Below, piece by piece: positions 35,561-45,962 of a stretch of 64,000 nt of DNA (position 1 is the stretch's first letter; each line of letters opens with the position of its first letter). The DNA comes from a virus. Position numbers and translations under genes: made by a program. Where the stretch lies: positions 46,920 to 110,919 of IMG/VR virus record IMGVR_UViG_3300025759_000064. One strand, written 5' to 3'. The notes beneath the pieces are model-generated. The model did no database searches. It was given only the letters and a program-made list of their open reading frames with translations, and was not told the DNA's origin.

Positions 35561-36828
35561 TGTTATTTACAGATTTGGCGAATGCTTGGGAAAGAAGTCG
35601 CTTAGGAGATAGGAGTCTATCTTCTTTAGACTTCAATGAAGAATCGACTGCGCTTTATGCTTACGAGATTCTGTTTTCTAATGAAACCTTGACTGAAAGA
35701 AAAGTCCTTTCTAAAGTGGCTAACGAATTAGAAGTACCGTATGAAATTGTTTTAGAATTACTTGACAAAAGAGTATCGACCTTACTCGCATCAGAGAGCA
35801 GTGCATCGAATCCTTGCGATTGGAGCATAGAAGATATGCTGAAAATAAGAAATGCTGTTATTGAAGGCGAGTATTCGTTTTTAGAATTAAGTAAACAGAT
35901 GAATGAGATAGACGCTAGATTATTTTGGTCGTCCGTAATAGGCGAGCAACAGCCTATTTCCGCTCTCAGATTTTTGAGAAGATTGAACACTGCTGTATCC
36001 CCTGACATCATATCGTCTAGTAGGGATTTTCTTACCGATAAAGAAATAATTCATGCGGTATACAATGATGTAAATTATTTATACGACCCTAAGTTATGGT
36101 ATCAGAAACCCACTGCTGCGCTAAGAAAGCGTAGATGGATTCCGTGGAGCAAGTACAAATCTGTGGATATAGATGTATACCAATCTATACCTAACAATGG
36201 TATAGTGAGCGTTGAATACAACGAGGAAGAAGACGTTATCATAGAGAAAGCAGGTGATGTAATCACCGATGTTGCATACCCCAAGCATCCTAAATTATCA
36301 TTAAAAGAAAGGTTGCTAAAGTATTCTGAATCACACGATGAGGAAATCGCTTGGCCTACTCCTACACCTTCTTGGGATTCAATAATTAAACATGAGAACA
36401 CGGTACGGTTTCCTAACACTGGGGCATTCTCTCCTACTGAATATGGAGGCTATGTCTTAGTGAAGCAATCTCACATTCATAATTTAAGATTAGCAGCATA
36501 CAAACATGGTGATGTAATGGAAATAAAATTACAGGCAATCGATGGGATAGACGAGTTTTTGGATGTAGGATTTTGCGGAGTTTATATAGAGTCAGAAAAA
36601 AGTTCTATCGCATTCGATATTGAAAGAATACTTGGTGCTAATACGGAAGAAGTAAACAGGTGGAAGGTAATACCTGATGATGTTTGCATAGTGATACGTG
36701 TGTCGTCGCCCTTTGTTGATAGAAGGTCAGGCGCTTTGAGTAAACCTTCGTTTGTAGAAATAGATAATGAAATGGGAATATCCGATGTGGCTCAGTACGT
36801 CGATTTAGTGGGTGTAGAAAATGAATAG
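35560..36828 (+). CDS. ATP-dependent DNA ligase-like protein, apparently degenerate
   Basis: N-terminus MLFTDLANAWE and C-terminal OB-like ALSKPSFVEID...SDV resemble archaeal ligase ends; no KxDG motif found. Confidence 0.45.
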   Translation: MLFTDLANAWERSRLGDRSLSSLDFNEESTALYAYEILFSNETLTERKVLSKVANELEVPYEIVLELLDKRVSTLLASESSASNPCDWSIEDMLKIRNAVIEGEYSFLELSKQMNEIDARLFWSSVIGEQQPISALRFLRRLNTAVSPDIISSSRDFLTDKEIIHAVYNDVNYLYDPKLWYQKPTAALRKRRWIPWSKYKSVDIDVYQSIPNNGIVSVEYNEEEDVIIEKAGDVITDVAYPKHPKLSLKERLLKYSESHDEEIAWPTPTPSWDSIIKHENTVRFPNTGAFSPTEYGGYVLVKQSHIHNLRLAAYKHGDVMEIKLQAIDGIDEFLDVGFCGVYIESEKSSIAFDIERILGANTEEVNRWKVIPDDVCIVIRVSSPFVDRRSGALSKPSFVEIDNEMGISDVAQYVDLVGVENE

Positions 36829-37258
36829 TGAAATAGATAGAAGAGAAGAGTGGATGGGTTTAGGTATCATATTAACCGAACTACGTATGAAAACTTGGGT
36901 AGAGAATAGAAGTGATTCCAAATTAGGTATGAGAGTAAAGAAACAAATAAGTTGGCGCTCTCTATTTACTAGTGGTACTTACATTCAGCAGACCTGTGTA
37001 AGCAAGTTCCTAAGTCCCTTCGGTATGGAGTTAAAAGAAAAATACCATAGCAAGGGTGACATTTTCAAGTGGTTGGTCTTATTAGATAAGTTAGAGAACA
37101 TGTATGGAATACGCTCTGCTTTATCCGATAGTGCTGGCTGGCACATGTTATCTTGGGTTGTTGATAATCCTGTCCCAAAGACATGGGATGATTTTCTTGT
37201 TTGGGTAGAAGCACACGATACAGAATTAGATATGCTCTCATACGATGAAATTGGTTGA
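36821..37258 (+). CDS. hypothetical protein (possibly LAGLIDADG-derived fold)
   Basis: WMGLGIILTE...SKLGMRVKKQISW; weak resemblance only. Confidence 0.4.
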   Translation: MNSEIDRREEWMGLGIILTELRMKTWVENRSDSKLGMRVKKQISWRSLFTSGTYIQQTCVSKFLSPFGMELKEKYHSKGDIFKWLVLLDKLENMYGIRSALSDSAGWHMLSWVVDNPVPKTWDDFLVWVEAHDTELDMLSYDEIG

Positions 37259-37278
37259 CTATATAAACCGAGATTGAA
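37255..37278 (+). promoter_or_regulatory. 24-bp element, copy 10
   Basis: Exact match; its TGA is the stop codon of the upstream gene. Confidence 0.8.
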
Positions 37279-37286
37279 TAAACAGG

Positions 37287-38300
37287 GTGATGAAAACTCC
37301 AAGTATTTTCAATTACTCAGTAATCAGTGAAATGGCAGGTTTAGATGCTCTCAAGCAAGATGTACAATCTTGGTACGGGCAAGAGTATGAAACTGGTCAA
37401 TCGGTATTACCACAGGCATTGTTGTTCTACGGTCCTCCGGGCACAGGTAAGACTAGTGCCGCTCACTGTATAGCAAGAAGTTTTCTAGGCGACAACTTCA
37501 ACAGCATGAACTTCATTGAATCTAATGCAAGTGATGATAGAGGTATTGATTTCATTAGAGGCTCATTCAAAACTGCTATGAGAACAAAAGGTATAGGTGT
37601 ACAAAGAAAGATAATCCTACTAGATGAAGCAGACGGGCTTACCCCAGCAGCACAAGATGCTATGCGCCAGTTGATAGAGAAGTATGCTCACAATGCAATG
37701 GTTATACTCACGTGTAATGAGATTGAAAAGATACGACCTGCTATACGTTCAAGGTGTAAAGCATACGCTTTCTCACCAGTAGATGAAACAGTAGGCGCGT
37801 CTTGGATTTATGATAGATGCGTCGCGCACCAATTGATAAATCCAACCGAAGTTTATACGGATATGATGGATGAGTTAAAAAGACTTGTAAAACATATGAA
37901 CGGAGATATGAGAGCGACTATCATGTTTATGAAATCCATGAACACACAAGATGATTTCAATTCTGTAAGAATCGGTATACGTATAGACCAACTTGTATCA
38001 TCCGGCGCAGAAGATTCGGTAGCATACGCAATTAACAATGAATGGTATAACCTAAGGCGAAACCTTCATGCACAAATCAAATCCGGCAGAACACTCCCAG
38101 CCGTACTCAATGGTTTCTACGGAGACATATATTCCCACTTTGAAGATGAGGATACATTGGATATGATATGGGACATAATGGCGGTATATGGTGATACTAT
38201 GACACATAGATACACATGGCCCGGCGACGACTATTCCTTCCTTGACTGGATGGTATCAAAAATGAGAAAACAAGTAAACAGAGGTAACAAAAATGAATAA
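37287..38300 (+). CDS. rfcS: replication factor C small subunit (clamp loader)
   Basis: GPPGTGKT, ESNASDDRGID, LLDEADGLT..AQDAMR, IRSRC, GDMR. Confidence 0.92.
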   Translation: MMKTPSIFNYSVISEMAGLDALKQDVQSWYGQEYETGQSVLPQALLFYGPPGTGKTSAAHCIARSFLGDNFNSMNFIESNASDDRGIDFIRGSFKTAMRTKGIGVQRKIILLDEADGLTPAAQDAMRQLIEKYAHNAMVILTCNEIEKIRPAIRSRCKAYAFSPVDETVGASWIYDRCVAHQLINPTEVYTDMMDELKRLVKHMNGDMRATIMFMKSMNTQDDFNSVRIGIRIDQLVSSGAEDSVAYAINNEWYNLRRNLHAQIKSGRTLPAVLNGFYGDIYSHFEDEDTLDMIWDIMAVYGDTMTHRYTWPGDDYSFLDWMVSKMRKQVNRGNKNE

Positions 38301-39624
38301 TGCAAGTGAGAATAACCCGTTCAAACAACGGGAAGAAAAGAAAGACGAATGGCCCGAAGAGGTGATGCTGCGTTTCAAGATGCAAGCGGAAAGAACTGGT
38401 GAAAGTGTGGAGAAAGTTATCGAAGCATACATCAAACATATCGCTGACACATGGAACTGCACCGATTGGACTGCCGAAGATGCAGACTTATTGGTAGATT
38501 GGGCAGAAGGAATGTACATCGAAGATAGAAGCAGCAACATAAGCGGTGGCGGTGGAGACACAGTTACTTTCGTAGGACACTGGATGGGTGTAGAAGAGAA
38601 ATCAGCAGATAGAAACGGTTGGTCTGTAAGAAATGCTAGACAGAAATGGCAAGAAGACCCTAATGCGGCTATGTCAGACGGTGTTGTAGGACACTACTAT
38701 GAAGAAGATGGTGTGTGGGCTATTAACACCGCTAACGGTGCTCTAGTAACCACAGACCCAGCAAACGTAGACCCTACTATGGGATTCAAACAAGGTGATG
38801 ATTGGATTTGCCTACTTAGCAAAGCGGGTAGACCGTATCCATACGAAAGAATGGGTAGGTATTACAGATTCTTCGGTAATGAGCCAAAGAAGTTCTTAGA
38901 TGGCGACTTACAATTTTGGAGAGTAGACCTAACTAACGAAAACAGAAACATGAAGATAGACGTAGGTTCTCCTGTATCTATCCAAGTTAGACTACCTAAT
39001 ACTAAAAGTGAAGCATTCCAAGACGTTCTAAGCACCAATTACAACTTTAGCGAAACTATGCAATACACCGATGAATGGTGTCCTGAGCATATCAGACATC
39101 ATCTACAACCTTTCAAGATGTGGACTAACGATGACTACATGGGAGATGCATACGTAAACCTAACAGAACTAGAAGATGCATACAACGCTGGTAAAAGACA
39201 CTTTACTGGTAGAGATGGTAACGATGGTACGGTTGGACCTGATGTAATCGTAAGAGGTAGTGTAATGAGAATGTCTACCGAAGGTAAACCTAGTGATTGG
39301 GATGAGACAGGGCGTAACTTTAGCCTATCTGTATCTTCCTTGAATCTACAAAATCAACACGGTAAAGGTAGAATGAGCGAAATCCCTTGTTGGGTTAGTG
39401 GTTCATGCAACGATATTGCAAGCCCATTCCACTTTAGAGACATAGACGATGAACTATGGGGCTTTGGAGAAAAGAGTTCTGTACTAGTCTATGGTAGACT
39501 AAAGATGAAAGTACAAGACGGACAAAGTATGCCACAACTAGCAGTGTTTGGTGTATATACAAATCCATCAAGAGCAATTAGAAGAGTCGGTGGTGGGGAC
39601 ACCGATTCTTCACAATTTGAGTGA
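38293..39624 (+). CDS. putative ssDNA-binding (RPA-like OB-fold) replication protein
   Basis: Located in the replication module; beta-rich with an acidic C-terminal tail (GGGDTDSSQFE). Confidence 0.45.
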   Translation: MNNASENNPFKQREEKKDEWPEEVMLRFKMQAERTGESVEKVIEAYIKHIADTWNCTDWTAEDADLLVDWAEGMYIEDRSSNISGGGGDTVTFVGHWMGVEEKSADRNGWSVRNARQKWQEDPNAAMSDGVVGHYYEEDGVWAINTANGALVTTDPANVDPTMGFKQGDDWICLLSKAGRPYPYERMGRYYRFFGNEPKKFLDGDLQFWRVDLTNENRNMKIDVGSPVSIQVRLPNTKSEAFQDVLSTNYNFSETMQYTDEWCPEHIRHHLQPFKMWTNDDYMGDAYVNLTELEDAYNAGKRHFTGRDGNDGTVGPDVIVRGSVMRMSTEGKPSDWDETGRNFSLSVSSLNLQNQHGKGRMSEIPCWVSGSCNDIASPFHFRDIDDELWGFGEKSSVLVYGRLKMKVQDGQSMPQLAVFGVYTNPSRAIRRVGGGDTDSSQFE

Positions 39625-39633
39625 GGTGAGAAA

Positions 39634-39906
39634 GTGACAGATAAGAAAAGAACGAAAAAAGAATTGGAAGAAGAATTGGAGACAGCCGTATCAAACAATG
39701 CGAGCCTAGTAGAGCAATACAACACGCTTTACACAGATGCTATGCAGGTACAGAAAGTTGCAGGTGACAGACTGGTTAGCATTAGGTTGCTAGAAGCGTT
39801 TGCTAATGAAGTGAATGCAGCGTTAAACAAACTACGTAATGACATAGCAGAAGTTAGCAGGGCTAATCAAGCAGAAGCACAGGCAGCAGAAGAGGAGCAG
39901 AATTAA
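39634..39906 (+). CDS. coiled-coil protein
   Basis: Heptad pattern; GTG start with GGTGA RBS. Confidence 0.6.
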   Translation: MTDKKRTKKELEEELETAVSNNASLVEQYNTLYTDAMQVQKVAGDRLVSIRLLEAFANEVNAALNKLRNDIAEVSRANQAEAQAAEEEQN

Positions 39907-39907
39907 G

Positions 39908-40162
39908 ATGGCGGGTTTTGGAGAGAGTAAGAAAGTGCAACAAAAGGCAAGCGAAGAACCTGCTGACCCTTTTGCAGACTTGAGAACCGAATTAGCAGAT
40001 GTAAATGCTAACAGACCTAAGACACACATTTTCATGGCTTTAGTTGGTCAAGAAAATACAGGTAAAAGTGCTATAATATTTGACTTCTTTCAGAGGTATT
40101 GCGATTCGTTTGATACAGGCAGACAGACTAACTTAGTAGAGTTTACAGAGGTGAATAAATGA
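39908..40162 (+). CDS. N-terminal half of a split RecA/Sak4-like ATPase (Walker A)
   Basis: FMALVGQENTGKS; the ORF ends shortly after. Confidence 0.6.
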   Translation: MAGFGESKKVQQKASEEPADPFADLRTELADVNANRPKTHIFMALVGQENTGKSAIIFDFFQRYCDSFDTGRQTNLVEFTEVNK

Positions 40163-40884
40163 GCGATAAACCTAAGCAATTTTGGGTAATTGACTTTGAC
40201 AACGGTGGCTCTGCTACTAAGTCTGCGTTCTATGCCAACAATGACAACATCAAGTGCTGGGAGCCGTGGGTGATGAACAAGAACGATAGGACAGCCTATG
40301 ACTATCCAGCAACACACGATAGGACAGTTAAGATAATGCAGTTCGCATTAGATTCACATGAGGATTTGTGGGGTGTCTTGGTCACTGGTATAGATTTGTG
40401 GGATTCTGTCGCGACCAACTGTATGAGAATACAGGATTTGGGATTATCCAAAGACGGTATCGAAGCGGCTGATAACAGAGGTCAAGGAGAGAACAAGAGA
40501 GTGCAGTCACAATGGGACTGGTCTATTCGTTCTACAAGATTCCATCAACTTACTGCTTTATCACGTGCACTTGTAAAGAGAGGGGTGAATGTATTTTGGG
40601 AAACACACTTGAAAGATGTCTACAACAAGCAAGGTGAGATTACTGCTAAAGAAGGACAACCTGCATGGGAGAAAACAACAGCAGGTTACATGTACCAAAT
40701 TATACATTGCAGACGTAAAGATTCCTACGATGACGATGGTGAGGTTACACGTTCTGAGTTTACCGCCACCTTTGAGAAATCAAAGACCGATGCGACACTA
40801 CAAGGACAACGTAGTACTATACTGATAACTGAGCAGGGTAAACAACCTTCGTGGTTAGGCTTACCTGAATTACAAAGGCTGTGA
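40159..40884 (+). CDS. C-terminal half of a split RecA/Sak4-like ATPase
   Basis: WVIDFDNG, VLVTGID (Walker-B position), VFWETHLK, KSK. Confidence 0.6.
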   Translation: MSDKPKQFWVIDFDNGGSATKSAFYANNDNIKCWEPWVMNKNDRTAYDYPATHDRTVKIMQFALDSHEDLWGVLVTGIDLWDSVATNCMRIQDLGLSKDGIEAADNRGQGENKRVQSQWDWSIRSTRFHQLTALSRALVKRGVNVFWETHLKDVYNKQGEITAKEGQPAWEKTTAGYMYQIIHCRRKDSYDDDGEVTRSEFTATFEKSKTDATLQGQRSTILITEQGKQPSWLGLPELQRL

Positions 40885-40888
40885 ATCA

Positions 40889-41656
40889 ATGGCTCAGATG
40901 ACACTTGACAAGAAAGAATGGTTAAGCCATTTAGGTCAATTTGATAGCAACATGAATGATTTGAATGTAAACGTCATGGTCAATCCTACTTGTTTAGGAT
41001 ATAGTGCCGCTTATCAAACGCATTTCTTGAAAGTGTACTACCACTACCCCGACGCACCTGCTAATGAAGGCACTCTGAATATATCAGACTTGGGTAAAAC
41101 TTGTGCTTTTATTAGCAAGTGCGCTGGACCTGTTACGATTAAACAAATTAAAGGTGGTAAAACTGTCTACATTACAAGCGGTAAGATGAAAATGAATATA
41201 CCTGTAACCGATATGAAGAGTAGTCAGTTAGTACCTACGTTTGAGAAGTTAGTAGCGAAGGCGGAGAAGGCTGAATGGGCATCCTTCGGTCAGGACACTT
41301 ACACTTTGAAAGGTAAAACTCAGATGACCGACATACTCAAATTAGCGACATTGAAATCGATAGTTAACAAGGATTCTGACTACAAATTGACTGCCGATGC
41401 AGATTCGTCTGAACTTACAATATCTGTGGGTAAAGCCCACGATGTCAAATTATTTGCTACAAGTGAACTGAGAGAGGCAGAAGGACCAAAGCATTCAGTG
41501 TCCTCTAGTTTCGGTCCTTGGCTTCTTCCATGTTTAGGTTTAGTTAATCCTAAGATGGTGTCAAGGATACACTTTGGTGATTCTGTGGGTTTAGTGGTAA
41601 GACAATCTGATAATATGGTAAAGCGCTTATTGATAATTATAGACCAACAGGAATGA
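40889..41656 (+). CDS. putative PCNA-like sliding clamp
   Basis: 255 aa with an alternating helix/strand pattern; lies between RFC and PolB. Confidence 0.5.
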   Translation: MAQMTLDKKEWLSHLGQFDSNMNDLNVNVMVNPTCLGYSAAYQTHFLKVYYHYPDAPANEGTLNISDLGKTCAFISKCAGPVTIKQIKGGKTVYITSGKMKMNIPVTDMKSSQLVPTFEKLVAKAEKAEWASFGQDTYTLKGKTQMTDILKLATLKSIVNKDSDYKLTADADSSELTISVGKAHDVKLFATSELREAEGPKHSVSSSFGPWLLPCLGLVNPKMVSRIHFGDSVGLVVRQSDNMVKRLLIIIDQQE

Positions 41657-41661
41657 GATGA

Positions 41662-44097
41662 ATGATAATTGATTATTACTATCCCGAAGATGAATGGGAA
41701 GGTGTAGGTTACCCTCACGTTTACATGAGGCATAGAGGGGCTAGTGGTGAGTTGGTTGAATTAACCATAGACCCTAACGATACGGATATTGATTTTAGCA
41801 CATATGTGCCGTGTCATTGCTGGATTGCGGCTAACACACATGCTAGGAGAATAAGTAGAGTAGTGGCTAGGTATCCGGGCACTAGAGTCAGGTACGACAT
41901 TACTGCTACTGGTTTAGACGGCGTTCCTCTAATGAGATTCGATGTTCCTAATCCAGCGCATCTATATGATATTAGGAATGAAATACGAACTTATGAAGCC
42001 GATATTAATTACAATGATATGTTAATCAAACATATGTATCCTAAGGCAAAGGATATACCTGACTTTCAACCTAGAATATGGTATTTCGATATGGAATGGC
42101 AACCGGAAGGATGTCCTAATGAGGGTGCTACTACAATGATTGCTATTGATGATACACACGCAGAATATCCGGTTGTATTCGCTTGGAAGAGTGACGGGTC
42201 TGCGTTAGTAGGAGATGCATACGTAAAGTATGTGAGAAACAATCCTAAGATTGAGACACCGACTATTGATTTTATCGATAGAGAAAGCGGTTATATGTTG
42301 TATATGTGTAAAGATGAAGGTGCTATGCATGAAGCATTCTTAGAACATTTAGAAGAGTGTGACCCTGACATGCTTGTGGCTCACTCAATACTATGGGCTG
42401 ATTTACCCCAGTTAGTTAGAAGATTGGGTAATGAATCTGAGAGGCTTAGTCCTGTTAGACAAGTGATAAGACCTCACAAGAAAAATGGATACAGAGAGAA
42501 CAGTCAACCTATACTTGGTAGACTATGTTACGATACCGCACTGTCTTGGGAGAAAGGTAGTGGTCTTGAGGCTATGTGGCAGAAGAGCGGCAACGGTCAA
42601 TTTAGAAATAAGAAGTTGGCTACTATTGCAGAAGATTTAGAATTAGACAAAGAGTTTGGTGAAGAAGGCGCTAAGATGGATGCGGATGTATTCACATGGT
42701 GGATAGATAACTTTGATGAGTTTGTCGATTATTGCGTGCGTGATACTACACTTCTTAGGAAATGCACTGAGAAGGTGAAGGCTATACCATATCATCTTGC
42801 TATGCAAAAACACTGCGGCGTATCTTTCAGAAGCACGTGTAATGTATCCAATTATATCAGAGGATTAATCTCACGTGAAACTGATTTGAAGGCTTTAACG
42901 ACATACAACAGGCAAAGAGAAGAGTATGCTGCTGCTAACGTACCTGACACTGTTGGGGGTAGACATAGAGGAGTTGCTTGTATTGATTTCAAGGCTATGT
43001 ATCCTATACTGATAGTAGACGCAAATCTCTGTGTCACTACTAAGATGAGACATGGTGGGGATGGTATACGTAGTGTTCCTAATGGTACTTACTGGTCTAA
43101 TGAGAAGGGTGTAATACCAACTATTATCGCTAGTATGTTAGAACTGCGTGGAGAATATAAGGCTCTGTTGAAAGCGGCAAAAACTGACGAAGAGCGACTA
43201 CAATACAACATGATGCAGACGGCTGTCAAAGTGGCTACAAATGCCGTGTATGGTTATGTATCTCAGAAGGCCGTTGGTGGCGGGTGGATAGACCCTGACA
43301 TCGGTGCTACGATTACATATTACGGTAGGCAATGTATCAATACTTTACTCTTAGAAAGTGAGAAAGCGGGATATAGAGCGCTTGCTGGGCACACAGACTC
43401 AGGTTACATACAGATACCATTCGATGAAATAGATACTCATGTAAATGATTTGAATAAGATAATACGAGAAAGGTTTGATTTGCCTTCTATGGAAATTGAA
43501 CTAGAAGCGTATTTCGATTACTGGTTAACTGCCGATGTGAAGAATCAGAACTTCGGTATCTTTGTATGGCCTGAGGAAAAGAAGGGTCAGTTGAAAGTTA
43601 CCGGATTCTCATACAAAGCATCTAGCGTATCTCCTATCACCAAACAGATACAAGGGCGAATCTTCAATATGATAGGCACTGGTGCTGAGGAAGATGAGGT
43701 TACAAACTTCATTAGACCAATTGCTCTATCTGTAATTAAGGGCGAGAAAGGTGCGGAAGAACTTGCACCGTATGGTCGTATAGGTAAAGAAAAATATGCG
43801 CGTGTGCCCCCTATGCCAGTAAGAGGCGCTTACTACTATAACGAGCATATCAACCCTAGAGAGCCTTTCAAAGTGGGAGATAGCCTACAATGGGTTTACA
43901 CAAAAGCATCTCCTGATGGTATGGTACATACTAACGTAGTGGGCTTTAGGTCAGTGGATGAGATTGATAATTTTGTTATCGACTACAATACCTGTGTTGA
44001 AAAGTTCATCACAAGGAAAATTAAGAATATTTACAGTGTATTAGATTGGGATTTAGATGCGGCTGTTGGGGCTAAAAGGCCGAAGAAACATTGGTGA
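41662..44097 (+). CDS. polB: family B DNA polymerase
   Basis: ExoI YFDME, ExoIII YCVRD, motif A DFKAMYP, motif B KVATNAVYG, motif C GHTDS. Confidence 0.95.
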   Translation: MIIDYYYPEDEWEGVGYPHVYMRHRGASGELVELTIDPNDTDIDFSTYVPCHCWIAANTHARRISRVVARYPGTRVRYDITATGLDGVPLMRFDVPNPAHLYDIRNEIRTYEADINYNDMLIKHMYPKAKDIPDFQPRIWYFDMEWQPEGCPNEGATTMIAIDDTHAEYPVVFAWKSDGSALVGDAYVKYVRNNPKIETPTIDFIDRESGYMLYMCKDEGAMHEAFLEHLEECDPDMLVAHSILWADLPQLVRRLGNESERLSPVRQVIRPHKKNGYRENSQPILGRLCYDTALSWEKGSGLEAMWQKSGNGQFRNKKLATIAEDLELDKEFGEEGAKMDADVFTWWIDNFDEFVDYCVRDTTLLRKCTEKVKAIPYHLAMQKHCGVSFRSTCNVSNYIRGLISRETDLKALTTYNRQREEYAAANVPDTVGGRHRGVACIDFKAMYPILIVDANLCVTTKMRHGGDGIRSVPNGTYWSNEKGVIPTIIASMLELRGEYKALLKAAKTDEERLQYNMMQTAVKVATNAVYGYVSQKAVGGGWIDPDIGATITYYGRQCINTLLLESEKAGYRALAGHTDSGYIQIPFDEIDTHVNDLNKIIRERFDLPSMEIELEAYFDYWLTADVKNQNFGIFVWPEEKKGQLKVTGFSYKASSVSPITKQIQGRIFNMIGTGAEEDEVTNFIRPIALSVIKGEKGAEELAPYGRIGKEKYARVPPMPVRGAYYYNEHINPREPFKVGDSLQWVYTKASPDGMVHTNVVGFRSVDEIDNFVIDYNTCVEKFITRKIKNIYSVLDWDLDAAVGAKRPKKHW

Positions 44098-44101
44098 TTG
44101 T

Positions 44102-44287
44102 ATGAGTAAGATAGAAGATATAGTAATAGAAAAAATAACTGCAAGAGCAGAATTGGGTCAGCGTAAATATAACACTACGATGGAGAGAAGCGATTTAACT
44201 CGTAAAGCGTGGTTAATTCACGCTCAAGAAGAAGCGCTAGACCTAGCAGTTTATTTGCAGAAATTGATAATGTTGGAGGAAGAGTAG
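44102..44287 (+). CDS. small all-alpha nucleotide pyrophosphatase-like protein
   Basis: G.RKY.TT..R.DL....W..HAQEEALDLAVY. Confidence 0.55.
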   Translation: MSKIEDIVIEKITARAELGQRKYNTTMERSDLTRKAWLIHAQEEALDLAVYLQKLIMLEEE

Positions 44288-44476
44288 ATGCCAAAACGTA
44301 GTGTTCACATACGAAATGAAAATCTAAAGAAGTGGGAGGCTATTTCTGAAAAAAGCGTATGGATTAACAATATTTTATCATCATGGTCTATAAAAGACCT
44401 TGAGAGACTAAAAACGGAAAACCCTTATTCAAAACTTGAAAGAAGAGTGGCTAAGTTAGAGGGGATGATGAAATGA
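44288..44476 (+). CDS. small ribbon-helix-helix-like protein
   Basis: MPKRSVHIR...W...KS.WIN. Confidence 0.45.
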   Translation: MPKRSVHIRNENLKKWEAISEKSVWINNILSSWSIKDLERLKTENPYSKLERRVAKLEGMMK

Positions 44477-44610
44477 CTAGGTTTCAGATAGTAAAATGCT
44501 TTTGTGGATGGCAAGGTGAGAAGGGTATCTATATGGTAAAAGGTGTACCTACTTGCCCTAACTGCCGAAGAGCACTTTCAGCGTTAAAATGTGAGGGGTG
44601 TTCCGAATGA
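44473..44610 (+). CDS. 45-aa Zn-finger peptide
   Basis: My translation: MTRFQIVKCFCGWQG...CPNC...CEGCSE; ATGA overlaps on both sides. Confidence 0.55.
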   Translation: MTRFQIVKCFCGWQGEKGIYMVKGVPTCPNCRRALSALKCEGCSE

Positions 44611-45620
44611 GTGAGTTTATGAAGTTCAATCCTAACAAGGAGAGTCTAGGTGATAGAGGCGCTGAGGCTCATACTCTTGAGTTGTTAGAATCTTACAACA
44701 ACAGTGCGTATGCTTGGCAACCGGGTATGGTTAAACATTTGAGAGTTAGTAAATCATCTCTTAATGCACATGGTTGGTGTGGCTATTCTTACAAGATGAA
44801 ATACATCTATCGTTTATCTGAGGCAGAGACAGAAGACATGGTAAGGGGTACTAACGTACACAATATTGTAGAATACTTTTGGGACTATGCGCCTGACAAG
44901 ATAGATGAAACCTTGAGTCTTATCGACGATGGTAAAGAATTGTTAGCCAAAGACTTGATGTACAGTGTAATTCCTAAACCTCCTAAACCATATTTGTTAG
45001 GAGAAGAAGAAATTATACAGCAATGGTTCGATTGGCAATGGGATAGGTTTCTTGTAACTAGAGGTGTTAACTGGGCAGCCAAAGGTAACGAGGTATCTGC
45101 ACACGCTCTAATTCATGTAGAAGTAGACGGTGAAGAATACCCAGTACATCTACGCGGATTCATTGATACTATCTTCTCTGATGGAGAAGGAGGCTTTGTA
45201 TTGATGGAATTAAAAACTGGTAAATGGAAGCAGAAAAAGACCGCAAAGAAGATGCGAGAAGAAATGCAATTTTACAGGCTGATGCTGGATGAAGGGGAGT
45301 TCTCAGATTGGTTGCCAGTAACGCATTGGGCTTGGGAGTTCCCTAGAGGATGGGCTAACGGTGGAGATAAAGCCAATTGGGAAATAGAAGAGGTTGGCTC
45401 AAAGATAACTAGGTATGCACCTAGAACAGTACAAAACAAACTAAAGAAATTAGTAAAAGCGCACATAACAGACTCATTTGAGCCTGAACCATTTAACTAT
45501 ACAGATTGGAAAGGAAACGTAGTTTCTAGTTGCCAATTTTGTAGTTTCATGGAATTATGCCCTGCGTGGGGCAACAACTTAGACAGTCAAACAGAAATAG
45601 ACATGGAGGACATAGAATGA
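44607..45620 (+). CDS. PD-(D/E)xK (RecB/Cas4-like) exonuclease
   Basis: SKSSL...C, GTNVH, LRGFID, ELKTG, QFY, CQFCSFMELCP. Confidence 0.85.
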   Translation: MSEFMKFNPNKESLGDRGAEAHTLELLESYNNSAYAWQPGMVKHLRVSKSSLNAHGWCGYSYKMKYIYRLSEAETEDMVRGTNVHNIVEYFWDYAPDKIDETLSLIDDGKELLAKDLMYSVIPKPPKPYLLGEEEIIQQWFDWQWDRFLVTRGVNWAAKGNEVSAHALIHVEVDGEEYPVHLRGFIDTIFSDGEGGFVLMELKTGKWKQKKTAKKMREEMQFYRLMLDEGEFSDWLPVTHWAWEFPRGWANGGDKANWEIEEVGSKITRYAPRTVQNKLKKLVKAHITDSFEPEPFNYTDWKGNVVSSCQFCSFMELCPAWGNNLDSQTEIDMEDIE

Positions 45621-45958
45621 AAGTATATAGAGAGACAGATGAGATAACAGCAATAAGAAGAACAATCAAAACAGAATTAACCAAATTGATTGATAGACCT
45701 GAAACGGAACTAACCGTAGTAGACGGTATGATAAAAGATGATTTATACAGAGTTGATATAGGTGAACAGATGACGTTACGAGCATTTACAGAAGAGGATG
45801 GAGTAGCCTCTTTTCCCGTAATAATAGTGACGTTAGATAAGCGAATATACAGGTCTTCATTTTGTCGTGACCAAGAGAATATAGAAATGCTTGCTACTTT
45901 GATATATGGAACGATAAACAATAAAATCAAAAGTCAAGGTCTAAACAAATACTGGTGA
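45617..45958 (+). CDS. hypothetical protein
   Basis: ATG at 45617 overlapping the upstream stop; PIP-like QMTLRAF. Confidence 0.55.
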   Translation: MKVYRETDEITAIRRTIKTELTKLIDRPETELTVVDGMIKDDLYRVDIGEQMTLRAFTEEDGVASFPVIIVTLDKRIYRSSFCRDQENIEMLATLIYGTINNKIKSQGLNKYW

Positions 45959-45962
45959 TTGT

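Noticed and set aside
44607-45620. Cas4-like nuclease as evidence of a CRISPR-Cas system
   Set aside because: Stand-alone PD-(D/E)xK nucleases are common in archaeal virus replication modules; no other cas genes are present.
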